A DNA stretch of 64,000 nt. Origin: Candidatus Bathyarchaeota archaeon. Lineage in GTDB: Archaea > Thermoproteota > Bathyarchaeia > TCS64. The stretch covers positions 736,001 to 800,000 of the forward strand of contig CAVYVF010000023.1 in NCBI GenBank assembly GCA_963771885.1, read 5' to 3'. Of this stretch, positions 1 through 10,850 are shown piece by piece. The translations under genes were made by a program, and so were the position numbers. The notes below the pieces were generated by a model. It worked only from the letters and a program-made list of their open reading frames with translations, ran no database searches and was not told where the DNA came from. How positions within the stretch are numbered: position 1 is the stretch's first letter; the number at the start of each line of letters is the position of its first letter.

Positions 1-172
1 TACGGAGCCCGATTATACGGAGAATGGGGGAGTAATTTCTTACCTTTAAATCTATGTATGTTTTTAAGGCGTATTTCGTGAGATGTTTCATACTTTTTTT
101 TCCTTCATTTATAAAAATAGTGGAAAAGCCGATACAGTTAGTTTCGGGAGTCTCTCGTAAGTGTATTAGATA

Positions 173-3076
173 TTGTTTTTATCTGACCCGACTGAAGGTC
201 TATCCGCCTTGGCCGAGGGAAACGTCTTCCAGCTGCTCTGCAGGCCCGTTCGGCGTCTCCTAGAGGAGCGTGGGTTCACTGAGCCGACTGAGCCGCAGAA
301 GAGGATGATACCGCTCATCCTCGAGGGGAAGAACGTGCTCCTCATCTCGGCGACGGCAACGGGAAAGACCGAGGCGGCGATGTTGCCCGTCATGGATCGG
401 TTCCTCATGTCGGGGCAGAGGAGGCCGGGGATAAGCATCCTCTACATAACGCCGCTCCGCGCCTTGAACCGGGACATACTCGACAGGATGACCTACTGGT
501 GCAACCGACTGGACATTAAGCTGGGGATACGCCACGGGGACACGGGCACTCAGGAGAGGAACCGGCAGAGATCGAGTCCCCCTGACATGCTCATCACGAC
601 CCCCGAGACGCTCCAGGCGATTCTCCTTGGCAGGACTCTCAAGCAATACCTGAAGAGCGTCCGTTGGATAGTCATCGACGAGATACACGAGCTTGCCGAC
701 AACAAGAGAGGGAGCCAGCTCGCCGTCGCTCTGGAGAGACTCAGGGAGCTCACCCTCCAGCCACCCCAGATGATCGGGCTGAGCGCGACGATTGGTAGCC
801 CAGAGAAGGTGGCGGCATTCCTAGCTGGCGCCAACAGGCCCGTGGAGACAGTCCAGGTCTCCGCCCTAAGGGAGACGAGGTTCGAGATAGTCTTCCCTGA
901 GCCGGAGGCAGAGGACTTCGAGACAGCGACGACACTCTTCACGCATCCCGAGGTCTCGGCTCGTCTACGCGCTATACGGCGACTCATCGAGGAGCACCAA
1001 ACTACCCTCGTCTTCACGAACACGCGCAGCACGAGCGAGATGCTTGCGAGCCGCTTCAACCTCTGGGACACGGATTTTCCAGTCAGCATCCACCACGGCT
1101 CCCTCGCCAAGTCAAGCAGGATAGCGGCGGAGCAGGGGCTCAAGGAGGGTAACCTGCGCACTGTCATCTGCACGAGCAGCCTCGAGCTTGGCATAGACAT
1201 CGGTAGCATCGACCTCGTCATCCAATACAACAGCCCGAGGCAAGTCACACGCCTACTCCAGCGTGTTGGGCGAAGCGGCCACCGCCTCGGCAGGGTCAGT
1301 AAGGGAGTCATAATCAGCCTGAACAGCGATGACGCCTTCGAGTCGATGGTCATTTGCCGGCGTGCCCTCGGGGAGATAATGGAGCCGCTACGCGTCCCCG
1401 AGAAGCCCTACGACGTAATGGTCAACCAGATGACGGCGGAGCTCATGGCGCGGGGTAGGCTCTACTTCCTGCAGGTCGCCAACCTCTTCAAGGGCGCCTA
1501 TCCATTCCGCGACGTCACAACCGAGGACGTGAAGTTCGTCGCGGGTTACATGCACAACCGGTTCCCCCGCCTCGCCTGGGTCAACCCCGAGGACGAGGTC
1601 ATCATCCGACCGCGCGGCAGCCGCAAGACCATCTACACCTACTTCTTCAACAACCTTAGCATGATTCCCGACGAGAAGGACTACCTCGTACTAGAGGCGA
1701 AGGACGAGTCCCCCGTGGGTGTGCTCCAGGAGGCTTTCGTCGCGGAGTATGGAAAGCCAGGTGTTAAGTTCACCCTCAGAGGTAGGGCGTGGAAGATACT
1801 CAACGTCCACAACGACAAGATATACGTCAAGGCGGAGGATGACCCAACGGGCGCCATCCCGAGCTGGATCGGGGAGGAGATACCAGTGCCGATGGAAGTC
1901 GCTCTCGAGGTCGGCAGAGTCAAGGCGCAGATCGAGGACAGGCTCAACACCGGCGAGACGCCAAAGACAATAGCCGCGAAACTCGCCGAGGTCTACCCCG
2001 CCTCGCAGTCCACGATGGAGCGCGCCATCAGGGAGCAGGTCGACCACCACAAAGCCGGGTTCCCCGCCCCCACAGACAAGCGCGTACTCCTCGAGGAGTG
2101 GGAGGACAACGTCCTTATACACGCCAACTTTGGCACACTCGTCAATCGTACACTCGCCCGGGTCATCGGTCACATCATAAGCGAGGAGACAGGCTACCCC
2201 GTCGGTGTCCAGCAGGAGACGTACATGATGGCGACGCAGACCGTCGGCGAGATAGATACCCGATACGTAGCCCGGATGCTCAAAACCCTCGCCAACAAGG
2301 ACGTAGAAAAGATCATCGAAGACGCCGTGACGAAGACGGGTCTATTCAAGAGGCGCCTCATCAACGTCGCCCGCAAAGCGGGGGCTCTCAGCAAGTTTGC
2401 CGACTTCAGCAACATCACCCTCGGCCGCCTGCTGAAGAGCTTCGAGAACTCGGCCGTATACGAGGAGGCGCTCAAGGACACGTACAGGCTCGACCTCGAC
2501 GTTGAGGGTACCGCCACCCTTCTCCGGAAGATGGCGGAGGGGGAGATTGAGGTGGTCGTACTCGACACGGAGGGGCAGCTGACGCCGCTTGGCAAGATGG
2601 CAGTCGAGGGCATCAGCATGAAGACCGACATAGTCCCCCCCGAGAAGATGGACAGGATCATCATGGAGTCGGCCAAGGCGCGCCTATACGCCGAGACGCG
2701 AGTACTCGCCTGCCAGGGCAAGCACGACTGGGTCGACCAGCAGCGGGTACGCGACCTCCCCGAGAAGCTCGTCTGCCCCACCTGTGGCTCGACGGAGATC
2801 GCCGTCTACGACCGCCCCATCGAGGAGGTCCAAGAGCTGCTCGCCCAGGACCGGAGCCGAAGCACGAAGGAGAAACCAAAGTGGTGGACGAGGGGAAAGG
2901 ACGTCTCCAAGCTCGTATCCATGTACGGGCGCAGAGCCGCCATCATAGGCTCGGCGAAGCGCGTCGACCTCACAGCCGCGTGGGACATACTCGCCCAGAC
3001 CGAGGGCGAAACCGACGAGTTCTTCACAAAGATCGTCGAGGCGGAGCGGGACGCGCTGAAGAAGCGCTTCGTCTAG
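173..3076 (+). CDS. lhr: Lhr-like SF2 DEAD/DEAH-box helicase
   Basis: Motif I ATATGKT, Ia PLRALNRD, DEIH, SAT, SSLELGIDIG, QRVGRSGH; C-terminal CPTC Zn site. The real start may be the in-frame TTG at 209. Confidence 0.92.
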   Translation: MFLSDPTEGLSALAEGNVFQLLCRPVRRLLEERGFTEPTEPQKRMIPLILEGKNVLLISATATGKTEAAMLPVMDRFLMSGQRRPGISILYITPLRALNRDILDRMTYWCNRLDIKLGIRHGDTGTQERNRQRSSPPDMLITTPETLQAILLGRTLKQYLKSVRWIVIDEIHELADNKRGSQLAVALERLRELTLQPPQMIGLSATIGSPEKVAAFLAGANRPVETVQVSALRETRFEIVFPEPEAEDFETATTLFTHPEVSARLRAIRRLIEEHQTTLVFTNTRSTSEMLASRFNLWDTDFPVSIHHGSLAKSSRIAAEQGLKEGNLRTVICTSSLELGIDIGSIDLVIQYNSPRQVTRLLQRVGRSGHRLGRVSKGVIISLNSDDAFESMVICRRALGEIMEPLRVPEKPYDVMVNQMTAELMARGRLYFLQVANLFKGAYPFRDVTTEDVKFVAGYMHNRFPRLAWVNPEDEVIIRPRGSRKTIYTYFFNNLSMIPDEKDYLVLEAKDESPVGVLQEAFVAEYGKPGVKFTLRGRAWKILNVHNDKIYVKAEDDPTGAIPSWIGEEIPVPMEVALEVGRVKAQIEDRLNTGETPKTIAAKLAEVYPASQSTMERAIREQVDHHKAGFPAPTDKRVLLEEWEDNVLIHANFGTLVNRTLARVIGHIISEETGYPVGVQQETYMMATQTVGEIDTRYVARMLKTLANKDVEKIIEDAVTKTGLFKRRLINVARKAGALSKFADFSNITLGRLLKSFENSAVYEEALKDTYRLDLDVEGTATLLRKMAEGEIEVVVLDTEGQLTPLGKMAVEGISMKTDIVPPEKMDRIIMESAKARLYAETRVLACQGKHDWVDQQRVRDLPEKLVCPTCGSTEIAVYDRPIEEVQELLAQDRSRSTKEKPKWWTRGKDVSKLVSMYGRRAAIIGSAKRVDLTAAWDILAQTEGETDEFFTKIVEAERDALKKRFV

Positions 3077-3465
3077 GGGCGAAGAGAAACCTTCCCCATA
3101 TAGAACGTCGGCGTGTAAGACACCCACGTCATGGAGTCCTTCACAAACACGAGCGAGTCCCCGTGTCTGTAGATTATCTTCGCCCCACTCTCCTCTATCG
3201 CGTGTACGAAGGCGGTCAGCGAGTCGACGGTTATCACCTCCGTGGGTGTCGGCTGCTTGGTGAATCGCATCTGAGGCATGAGGTTTGGGTCGTCGCCTCT
3301 GTCCGTGAAGATGGTCGCGCCTGTCTTCCCTACCCAGTTGGATATCTGCATCCAGCCCATCTGGACGTTTTCAATAGGCGGCGTGTTGTAGAACGCGAGC
3401 AGCCCCCAGATGGCGACGAGCAGCCCGATGATTATTATGTCCTTCCTCCCGATCATCGTCAGCAC
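3073..3465 (-). CDS. hypothetical protein with N-terminal transmembrane/signal segment
   Basis: 130-aa ORF, hydrophobic N-terminus, fills the gap between lhr and the AroM-family gene. Confidence 0.6.
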   Translation of the reverse strand: MLTMIGRKDIIIIGLLVAIWGLLAFYNTPPIENVQMGWMQISNWVGKTGATIFTDRGDDPNLMPQMRFTKQPTPTEVITVDSLTAFVHAIEESGAKIIYRHGDSLVFVKDSMTWVSYTPTFYMGKVSLRP

Positions 3466-3556
3466 CCTGTATTGTTTTCTCAGACCTAGAATTGAACCTA
3501 TTTGTTTTGGGCTGAGCGAAGATTTTAACCCAACTGGTCACCCCTCTCTTCTCGAC

Positions 3557-4222
3557 ATGAAGAAGATAGGGATGCTCACGATCGGGCAGTCGCCCCGCAC
3601 AGACATCCTCCCCGGACTCATGGAGATACTCGGGAAGGACATCGAGATAGTCGAGGCGGGTGCCCTCGACGGGAAGACGATGGAGGACGTCAAGAAGATA
3701 CCCCTCCGTGTCGAGGACTACATACTCGTCAGCAGGATGAGGGACGGCACAGAGATCAAGATCACGAAGAAGTACATCCTCCCCCTAATGCAGGAGAAAC
3801 TCGACTACCTAGAGAATCAGGGGATACGCCTCACAGTCGTCATGTGCACGGGCAACTTCCCACAGTTCAAGTCGAAGGGCCTCGTCATCACCCCGAAGGA
3901 GATCCTCAAGGGCGTTATGGAGGGTAGCATAAAGAAGGGACGCCTAGGAGTCGTCTACCCCACGGCAGAGCAGATGCCAATGGCTGAGGGAGAGTGGGGG
4001 AGACCAGGCGTCGAGATATACCCCGACACCGTCAGCCCATACGAGCCAAAGGACGTCGAGGGACTCTGCAAGCGCCTCGCCGCCGAGAAGCTAGACCTCG
4101 TCCTCTTAAACTGCTTCGGTTTCCCAACCGAGATAAAGAAGAAGATTCAGAAGGCGACCGGCAAACCGGTGGTCCAGGCGAACACGCTCGTAGCCCACGT
4201 ACTCGCCGAGTTCATCAACTAG
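3557..4222 (+). CDS. AroM family protein
   Basis: MKKIGMLTIGQSPRTD, CTG and LNCFGF motifs; ATG at 3557. Confidence 0.85.
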   Translation: MKKIGMLTIGQSPRTDILPGLMEILGKDIEIVEAGALDGKTMEDVKKIPLRVEDYILVSRMRDGTEIKITKKYILPLMQEKLDYLENQGIRLTVVMCTGNFPQFKSKGLVITPKEILKGVMEGSIKKGRLGVVYPTAEQMPMAEGEWGRPGVEIYPDTVSPYEPKDVEGLCKRLAAEKLDLVLLNCFGFPTEIKKKIQKATGKPVVQANTLVAHVLAEFIN

Positions 4223-4953
4223 GGCTTCTTCTTCCCGTACTCCTCGGGCTCCCCGTAGTCGGGGAGGTTCTCACCCGGCAGGGGCCCTACCTCCCTCTCG
4301 GGAGGCTCGGGTTCCTCGCCGGTGAGCGACGGGGGGAGAACCCTGTCCTTGCGTAGGTTCTTTGCGACGACGTATACCTCGGCGCTCCCCTTCCGGGAGG
4401 CCAACGGCTTGACGATGAAGACTTTCTCGAACATCGCCCGCATCTCCCTGATGTAGGCCTCGTGCTCCTTCCCCTGGAATATCTTGACAACCATCCAGCC
4501 ATCCGACCTGAGTAGCCTGTCGGCGATGCTGAGTGCCATGCGTGCGAGATGTATCTGGCGCAGGTCGTCCACCTCCCAGACACCCATAACGTTCTGCGCC
4601 ATGTCGCTCATGACTACATCCGCCTTCTCCCCCTCGAACCGGGAGAGGATGTCCGCCTGCACCTCCGGGTCCCTTACGTCGCCGACGATGGTCTCGACGT
4701 TCTCCATATAGAGGGACTCTATCTCCTTGAGATCGACGCCGAGAACGAGCCCGCCCTCTATCGACTCGCCGGCGACCTGGAGCCAGCCCCCGGGTGCAGC
4801 GCCGAGGTCCAACACCCTCTTCGCGCCCTCGAAGAAGTGGAACTCGTCGTCGAGCTGCTTGAGCTTGTAGCTCGCCCTACTTCGGTAGCCCTCGGCCTTG
4901 GCCTTGTTGTAGTAGTGCTCGGTTTTGCGCTCGTGTAGCCATCTGCTAGGCAT
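4219..4953 (-). CDS. rlmE: 23S rRNA (uridine-2'-O)-methyltransferase RlmE/FtsJ
   Basis: YRSRASYKL, DLGAAPGGW, SDMA, KPLASRKGSAE motifs. Confidence 0.95.
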   Translation of the reverse strand: MPSRWLHERKTEHYYNKAKAEGYRSRASYKLKQLDDEFHFFEGAKRVLDLGAAPGGWLQVAGESIEGGLVLGVDLKEIESLYMENVETIVGDVRDPEVQADILSRFEGEKADVVMSDMAQNVMGVWEVDDLRQIHLARMALSIADRLLRSDGWMVVKIFQGKEHEAYIREMRAMFEKVFIVKPLASRKGSAEVYVVAKNLRKDRVLPPSLTGEEPEPPEREVGPLPGENLPDYGEPEEYGKKKP

Positions 4954-4978
4954 GGGCTTTCGATCCCCTTCGCGGGGC

Positions 4979-6163
4979 TTATCCTTTAATAACGTTTGTT
5001 AAGTCGGCGGCGGTGGCGCTCGTCCTTATACCACGGGGGTCGAAGTGTGTCCGCGCCACTCTGAACCCAGCGGTGGAGAGCCTCTCGAGGACTACCGCCA
5101 TGTTGAGGCTCGACGTGCCCGCGCGCCTGCTGAACTCGTCGAGGTGAAAGTAGGTGGGTGGAAATCCGATCTCTCCCCTGATTGTCTCGACGAGATGGAT
5201 GAGGCGCGGCTCCCAGCCCCCGATCTTGACCGCCTTTTCAAGCATTTTCCCCGTGAAGGCGTCGTCTGCGAGGTCACTGAGCCACATGGGGCCGCCGACG
5301 ACCATCGGGCCGCCGCACGCGAGGCAGTTCCTCGACGCCTTGAGATAGGCACCTTTCACGGCCTCCCTATGCAGGCACCGGGGGCAGTGGACGATGTGGC
5401 CCATCTCGGTGAGTGCAGCGTCAGCGGGCTTCGCGCCGTGCTCAAGGGTGAGGTAGACGCGTATGTAGTGGTCGGCGTAGTAACTGAATAGGGGTCTTAC
5501 ACCCATCTCATGTATGGCTGCTGCCCGTACTGCTGCACCGACTAGGAGGCGGAGCGCTACCTCGTGGGTGTAGACCGTCCTCAGCGGCTTCCCTCCATAC
5601 TTGCGTAGGCATGCCGTTGGGCTCACCCCGCATAGGGGCGCCATGTCCGTCGCGGTGAGCGCGATGATCCCCCCGTCCCTCATGGCGCGTACCGTCGAGT
5701 CGAGGAACTCCGACGGCGAGCCGAAGGGGTCGATGTCAACGTAGTCGAGCCTATTCATCGGGCTGCTGTGGAGGTTGAGCATGAGGTTCGCGTCCATGAA
5801 GCGGACGATCACCCTGTCGGCGACGCCGTTACGCAGGGCGTTCTCCTCGGATATCTGCACGCCGCTCGGATTCAGATCCCCCATGAGGACCTTTCCCGCC
5901 TCTGCCTCGAGGACGAGACGCACGCCCCGTACCCCGACGCCGCACATCGGTTCACACGCCTCGACGGGGCGCCCAAGCCTCTCCCCGAGGACGATGGCGG
6001 CGAGGACCGCGGTGTCTCTGTTGAGCCTCATGAGGGGGTTGTAGAAGACGGCTGCCCTGCTTCTGGCGTGGTCGAGCGGCTCCCCCTCCCCTCTCGCGAT
6101 TGTTGGGACGAGGAGCTTCGCCGCGCCTTCCTGCGCCTCCTCGACGGGGAACCAGAAGCCCAT
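4979..6163 (-). CDS. trm1: tRNA (guanine26-N2)-dimethyltransferase
   Basis: VFYNPLMRLNRD, DIDPFGSP, TATD, CxxC..CxxC Zn finger, RTHF. Confidence 0.95.
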   Translation of the reverse strand: MGFWFPVEEAQEGAAKLLVPTIARGEGEPLDHARSRAAVFYNPLMRLNRDTAVLAAIVLGERLGRPVEACEPMCGVGVRGVRLVLEAEAGKVLMGDLNPSGVQISEENALRNGVADRVIVRFMDANLMLNLHSSPMNRLDYVDIDPFGSPSEFLDSTVRAMRDGGIIALTATDMAPLCGVSPTACLRKYGGKPLRTVYTHEVALRLLVGAAVRAAAIHEMGVRPLFSYYADHYIRVYLTLEHGAKPADAALTEMGHIVHCPRCLHREAVKGAYLKASRNCLACGGPMVVGGPMWLSDLADDAFTGKMLEKAVKIGGWEPRLIHLVETIRGEIGFPPTYFHLDEFSRRAGTSSLNMAVVLERLSTAGFRVARTHFDPRGIRTSATAADLTNVIKG

Positions 6164-6399
6164 GGCGGATGAGGTCGCGGGACCCCATTTAACCGTGTCC
6201 CCAACGCGAAGCCATAAACCCGCGGAGAACCGGACATTGCGCGCGCAGCAGTTGCCATCCTCGTAGTCGTAGCCGCAGCCATGATCATGCTCAACCGACC
6301 CGCTGCGCGCGCTCTACGACCAGGATGCACATCAGCCCTTCACGACGATGGGACTTTTCGGAAAAGACGACTCGACCTCCCCCACGTGGGAGGCGTGGC

Positions 6400-7443
6400 T
6401 CAAGCCTTGAGAGCGATCTTCTCGTCGAGGCCGAGCTCCCTGCTTATCCTCGTGATCTCCTTCCACGTATCCTCGGGGAGCTGTATACCGTCCTTGAGCC
6501 TCTGAGCCTTGCTTATCCTCTCCGGGTCACCGGGGACGAGTACCTGCTGCCCCTTCTCCGGCTTCCTGGACTTGACGATCTTGATGACCTCGCTCGACTT
6601 CTTCTTGAAGGCGTCGAGTCCGACGAATGCCTCGGGGTTTATGGCGATGCAGAAGACGCCGTTGGGGCTCGGTGGGTTCTGGCTGTCGTCCATGCTCGTC
6701 CTACTCCCCGTGAGGGCGGCGCCGAGTAGCTCCGATGCCATCTGTATACCGTAGCCCTTGTGCTCACCGAAGCCGACGAGGTAGCCGCCGTCGTAGAAGG
6801 CGTTCGGGTCGTCGGTGGGCTCCCCATTCTTGTCCCTTATCCAGTGATTGGGGACTTTAGCGTGCTTGGCTCGTGCGACGCTCAGTTTACCCGCGGCGGC
6901 GAGGCTCGTGGCGTAGTCCATCAGGAAGTTTTCACCCGTGGCGGTGGGGGTGCTTATGCTCGCCGGGTTTGTGCCGAATGTCCTGCCTGTCCCGTGGAAG
7001 GGAGACACAAGCGGGTTGCCCACGTTGGCGAACATCATACCCACCATGTCCTGCTCCGTAGCCCACGTCGTGTAGTAGCCGAGGCGGCCGATGTGGTTGA
7101 TGTTGAAGCCCCCGACGGCTGCGACCATGCTGGTCTTCGCCTTCTCGACGGCGACCTCGATCATCTTCTTCGCCACTATCTGGCCGAAGCCCCAGCGCCC
7201 GTCGACGTAGGCGGAGGCGGGCGTCTCATTAACAATCTTGGGATTCTCCTTCGGGTGGATGTGCCCCACCTTTATCCTGTCCCCATAGACGGGGAAGTAG
7301 AAGACACCGTGGCTGTCGTGCCCGCAGAGGTTGGCCTCGACGAGGGTCTCGGCGACGAACTCGGCCTTCGCCTTCGGCGCGCCGAGTGAGACGAATATCT
7401 GGGTCCCGAGCTCCCTGAGCCCTTGGGCCTCGGTTACAATCAT
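6400..7443 (-). CDS. Ldh_2 family (malate/L-lactate/sulfolactate dehydrogenase-like) oxidoreductase
   Basis: GHDSHG, NHIGRLGYY, GTNP, DYATS, HKGYG, VPGDPE. Confidence 0.9.
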   Translation of the reverse strand: MIVTEAQGLRELGTQIFVSLGAPKAKAEFVAETLVEANLCGHDSHGVFYFPVYGDRIKVGHIHPKENPKIVNETPASAYVDGRWGFGQIVAKKMIEVAVEKAKTSMVAAVGGFNINHIGRLGYYTTWATEQDMVGMMFANVGNPLVSPFHGTGRTFGTNPASISTPTATGENFLMDYATSLAAAGKLSVARAKHAKVPNHWIRDKNGEPTDDPNAFYDGGYLVGFGEHKGYGIQMASELLGAALTGSRTSMDDSQNPPSPNGVFCIAINPEAFVGLDAFKKKSSEVIKIVKSRKPEKGQQVLVPGDPERISKAQRLKDGIQLPEDTWKEITRISRELGLDEKIALKA

Positions 7444-7483
7444 AAAGAAGGATGCGGGCTGAGGTTGTAGAAAAGGGTTCGGC

Positions 7484-8512
7484 TCACTTGATCTGCTTGG
7501 CGAGGCCGTCTAGGAAGGCCTTGATATCCTCGCGCTCGATGCCGTAGTGGGTGCATAGGCGCGTGCCGCCGCCGTGGCCCTGGCTCTTCCAGCCCAGCTT
7601 CTTGGTAGCCTTGTCCCAGTCGGCGTCCTTCCACCCGATGGCCGTGTAGTCGATGTAGACCATGTTGGTCTGGACCTCGTTGTTGATCTTTATACCCATC
7701 TTCTTGAGTCCCTCGGCGAGGAGCTTGGCGTTATCGTGGTCGTCCTTGAGCCTGTCGACCATCTTCGTCATAGCGATGATGCCGGGGGCCGCGATTATAC
7801 CCGCCTGCCTCATGCCTCCGCCTAGCATCTTCCTGTATTTCCTCGCCTTCTTGATGACGTCGGCTGGGCCGACGACGACGCTGCCCACGGGGGCGGCGAG
7901 TCCCTTGCTGAGGCATATCTGGACGGTGTCGGAGTACTGTGTGAGCTCCTTGACGTCGACGCCTAGGGCGACCGACGCGTTGAAGACGCGGGCCCCGTCC
8001 ATGTGGACGGCGAGTTTGTGCTTCTTTGCCACGTCCCAGTCGGCCTTCATCTGCTTGGTCGTGAGTGCGATGCCGCCCGCAGAGTTATGGGTGTTCTCGA
8101 TGCAGACGAGGGTCGTCGGCGGGAAGTGGATATTGTCGGGCCTGATCGCCTTCTCTATGTCCTCGGGCTTCATCCAGCCCTTCTCGCCGGGGACGGTACG
8201 CGCCATGAGCTGCCCCATAACGGCGAGGCCGCCCACCTCGTTGTAGAAGATGTGGCTCCTCTGCTCGAGGATTATCTCGTCGCCGCGGTGCGTGTGGGCG
8301 AGCACCGCGACGGCGTTGCCCATGGTGCCGCTGGTGACGAAGAGCGCCGCCTCCTTACCCGTTATCTCAGCGGCGATCTTCTCAAGCTCGTTTACAGTGG
8401 GGTCGTCGCCGAATACGTCGTCCCCGACCTTCGCCTTGTAGGACGCCTCCCTCATCTCTGGGGAGGGCCATGTGACCGTGTCGCTCCTGAAGTCCAGGTT
8501 CTTCTCGACCAT
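7484..8512 (-). CDS. ltaE: low-specificity L-threonine aldolase
   Basis: DFRSDTVT, VGDDVFGDDPT, SGTMGN, ENTHN, DGAR, CLSKGL (PLP Lys), GGGMRQAG; start set at ATG 8512. Confidence 0.93.
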   Translation of the reverse strand: MVEKNLDFRSDTVTWPSPEMREASYKAKVGDDVFGDDPTVNELEKIAAEITGKEAALFVTSGTMGNAVAVLAHTHRGDEIILEQRSHIFYNEVGGLAVMGQLMARTVPGEKGWMKPEDIEKAIRPDNIHFPPTTLVCIENTHNSAGGIALTTKQMKADWDVAKKHKLAVHMDGARVFNASVALGVDVKELTQYSDTVQICLSKGLAAPVGSVVVGPADVIKKARKYRKMLGGGMRQAGIIAAPGIIAMTKMVDRLKDDHDNAKLLAEGLKKMGIKINNEVQTNMVYIDYTAIGWKDADWDKATKKLGWKSQGHGGGTRLCTHYGIEREDIKAFLDGLAKQIK

Positions 8513-8612
8513 ACGAAGTCGAGTACTAGGAACGCGTAACACGCTTAAGGAATTATGGGGCGATCTTGAATAAGCCTTAAAGGAGGGCAGATCCGGTAAG
8601 GTTTGAGAGCCA

Positions 8613-9494
8613 TTGCCGGAGAAACAGAGGAAATTCGGTAAAAAGACGATAGTCGCCGTGCTGTTCATACTTCTGTTCACGCTCAGCCTAGCCGTCGTCT
8701 TCTTCTACCCGTCGCCAGAGGAGGAGAACGTCGGATACGTTAATGTCAGCCGTAGCGAGGGCTACTGGGAGAACACCCTCGGCAACGTCAGCGACACCAG
8801 GTACCTCATCAACTACGGCGTATACGCCCTCTCCGACGCCCCCAAGGTAACAATTAAGGACAAGACCGACGCTGGACTTACCGAGATCCAGGTCACGCAG
8901 GACACTGACAACGTCAAGGTCAGCTACGACAAGGCGACTGGCGCTATTACCGTGGTCGTGACGGACATCCCAGCCGAGGGGAAGGTATTCGCGCAGCTCG
9001 CTTTCGTCATGGACCCCGTAGATATCTTCGCCCCCGGCGAGCAGCCGACGACGACAGTGATCCCCGAGAAGATCTACTGGGGGGACAAGACGGAGGTCGG
9101 CGTCGACATTGCTCCTTTCACGGTGACGAGGACGACAAACATGACGGAGGTCGGCGTATATGCGTGGCTCACAGACGCAGTGACCGAGATATCCAACGTC
9201 ACAACGGCGCCGCAGGCGGTCTGCGATCCTCCAATGTACCAGGCCATCTGGCAGTACAAGACCCCACAGGAGTACAGCTACACCAGACACAACGTCAACT
9301 ACACGGTAAGACTGCCAGTGACAAGCCAGAGCGGTGACGTCCTCCTCAGGACATGGGTCGAGGTGAGGTACTATTCGCCGCTGCGCATGATGGTGGACGG
9401 TACGATTTCAGGTGCTGACGGCTACTTCTTTAAAGTCGACTCATCGATAAGCTACCAGTATGAGAAGGGTATAAGCGCCAGCGTGCTCGGCTAG
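8613..9494 (+). CDS. membrane-anchored exported hypothetical protein (beta-rich)
   Basis: Basic N-terminus plus one TM helix, then a Thr/Val/Tyr-rich domain. Confidence 0.7.
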   Translation: MPEKQRKFGKKTIVAVLFILLFTLSLAVVFFYPSPEEENVGYVNVSRSEGYWENTLGNVSDTRYLINYGVYALSDAPKVTIKDKTDAGLTEIQVTQDTDNVKVSYDKATGAITVVVTDIPAEGKVFAQLAFVMDPVDIFAPGEQPTTTVIPEKIYWGDKTEVGVDIAPFTVTRTTNMTEVGVYAWLTDAVTEISNVTTAPQAVCDPPMYQAIWQYKTPQEYSYTRHNVNYTVRLPVTSQSGDVLLRTWVEVRYYSPLRMMVDGTISGADGYFFKVDSSISYQYEKGISASVLG

Positions 9495-10141
9495 GCGTAG
9501 AGCTCCGCATTCCTCAGGGCGAGCTTCAAGTTATCCTCGGCACCGCTTAGCACGGGGACGCCATGCCCCGAGAGCATTACGTCCACCCTAAGCTTTGCCA
9601 ACTTACGCAGCGACTCTATGAGCTGCTCAATACTGCCAGATTCCCCGTCGAAGCGGCCGAAGTAGCCGTCGGGGAACGCCGTGTCGCCTGAGAAGAGTAT
9701 CCGTTGCTCCCTCGCGTAGAGGCACATCCCGCCCTCAGTGTGGCCCGGCGTCCAGATGACCTCTAGCGGCCAAAGTTCAGTCTCGATGACGTCGCCTTCT
9801 TCTGCTTTGACAAGGGATTCGCCGAGGCTGGATGCTATGTATCCGGTATCCAGGGTCTGGACGTAAACCTTGGGGTGTGCCTTCTCCAGTATAAGGAAGG
9901 CCCCCATAGCGTGGTCGTGGTGGGCGTGGGTTAGGACGACCTTGTCGACGTTCTCCGGCTTCACGCCTATGGAGTCTAGCTGGGGCCAGACCGGGTTGAG
10001 CCTGTTACCGACGCCTGCGTCAATTATCGTTGCCTTCTCCCTGCCGACGACGTATATGTTGCTGCAGAGACCTTCACCGACAATCATGTGTACGCTGTGG
10101 AGGATAGTGGTGTCTTTTCCGAGGTCGATTACCAGAGGCAT
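9491..10141 (-). CDS. MBL-fold metallo-hydrolase
   Basis: THAHHDH, TPGHTEG, FSGD, GHG motifs. Confidence 0.9.
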   Translation of the reverse strand: MPLVIDLGKDTTILHSVHMIVGEGLCSNIYVVGREKATIIDAGVGNRLNPVWPQLDSIGVKPENVDKVVLTHAHHDHAMGAFLILEKAHPKVYVQTLDTGYIASSLGESLVKAEEGDVIETELWPLEVIWTPGHTEGGMCLYAREQRILFSGDTAFPDGYFGRFDGESGSIEQLIESLRKLAKLRVDVMLSGHGVPVLSGAEDNLKLALRNAELYA

Positions 10142-10181
10142 CGGGATCGCCTAGTCAAGGGTGCGCGTCTCTATAAGGATT

Positions 10182-10850
10182 CTAGGGTATGCGGACGAGG
10201 TGAAGGCGCAGAACCAGGTAGCCCTCCTCGTAGTCATAGTCGAGGCCCTCGAGATCGTGCCCCTCGGGTATCTTGTAGCTCTTGTCGAAGTTTTTGTCCG
10301 CCGTACTGTGCAGGTGGATGGAGGAGCCGGTTGACTCGACCATGATGGTTTTCTCGAGCTTCTTGGGGAGCTCGGCGGTGATAACGTATTCGACGTGCTC
10401 GAAATTGTCGCCACCGGTGAGGTTACCCTCCGTTATGGTGATGTCTTCGTCCTCCGATGGGGATGGTTTTTCCCTCGTGTGTATGTACCACGGGGCGAAG
10501 GAGGCAATAGATAGAGTGAGGAAGAAGAGTAGGCTGTAGAGGCCCGCGATCCAGGGGCTCACGTTACCAACTATGAATGGGAAGACGACGGTCACGTCCT
10601 CAGAGGGTATCCCCGCAACTATCCCCGCGGCAGCAGTTGAGAGCCCCACGATTATCATGAGGAGGCCGCCTGCTAGCATGAGCTTCTTCCGCCTCTCCTT
10701 GTTCGTGATGTCCTCCTCTATGCACTCAAGGCACCTGTGGGTGTCCTCATCGTAGCAGTCGCTGCAGACTAGGTGGCCACAGCCCGGGCATAAAATGTCG
10801 GCACCCTCGCCACCACAGACCCAGCAGTCCTTGCCCATGCCATTCACCAA
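10182..10850 (-). CDS. Zn-finger + two TM helices + small-HSP-like C-terminal domain protein
   Basis: Four CxxC pairs at the N-terminus, two hydrophobic segments, C-terminal FDKSYKIP...YEEGYLVLRL. Confidence 0.7.
   Translation of the reverse strand: MVNGMGKDCWVCGGEGADILCPGCGHLVCSDCYDEDTHRCLECIEEDITNKERRKKLMLAGGLLMIIVGLSTAAAGIVAGIPSEDVTVVFPFIVGNVSPWIAGLYSLLFFLTLSIASFAPWYIHTREKPSPSEDEDITITEGNLTGGDNFEHVEYVITAELPKKLEKTIMVESTGSSIHLHSTADKNFDKSYKIPEGHDLEGLDYDYEEGYLVLRLHLVRIP

Noticed and set aside
6210..6400. Short hydrophobic coding-like stretch (AAVAILVVVAAAMIMLNRP) between trm1 and the Ldh_2 gene
   Set aside because: No clear start or family signal and it runs into the convergent gene; at most a tiny remnant
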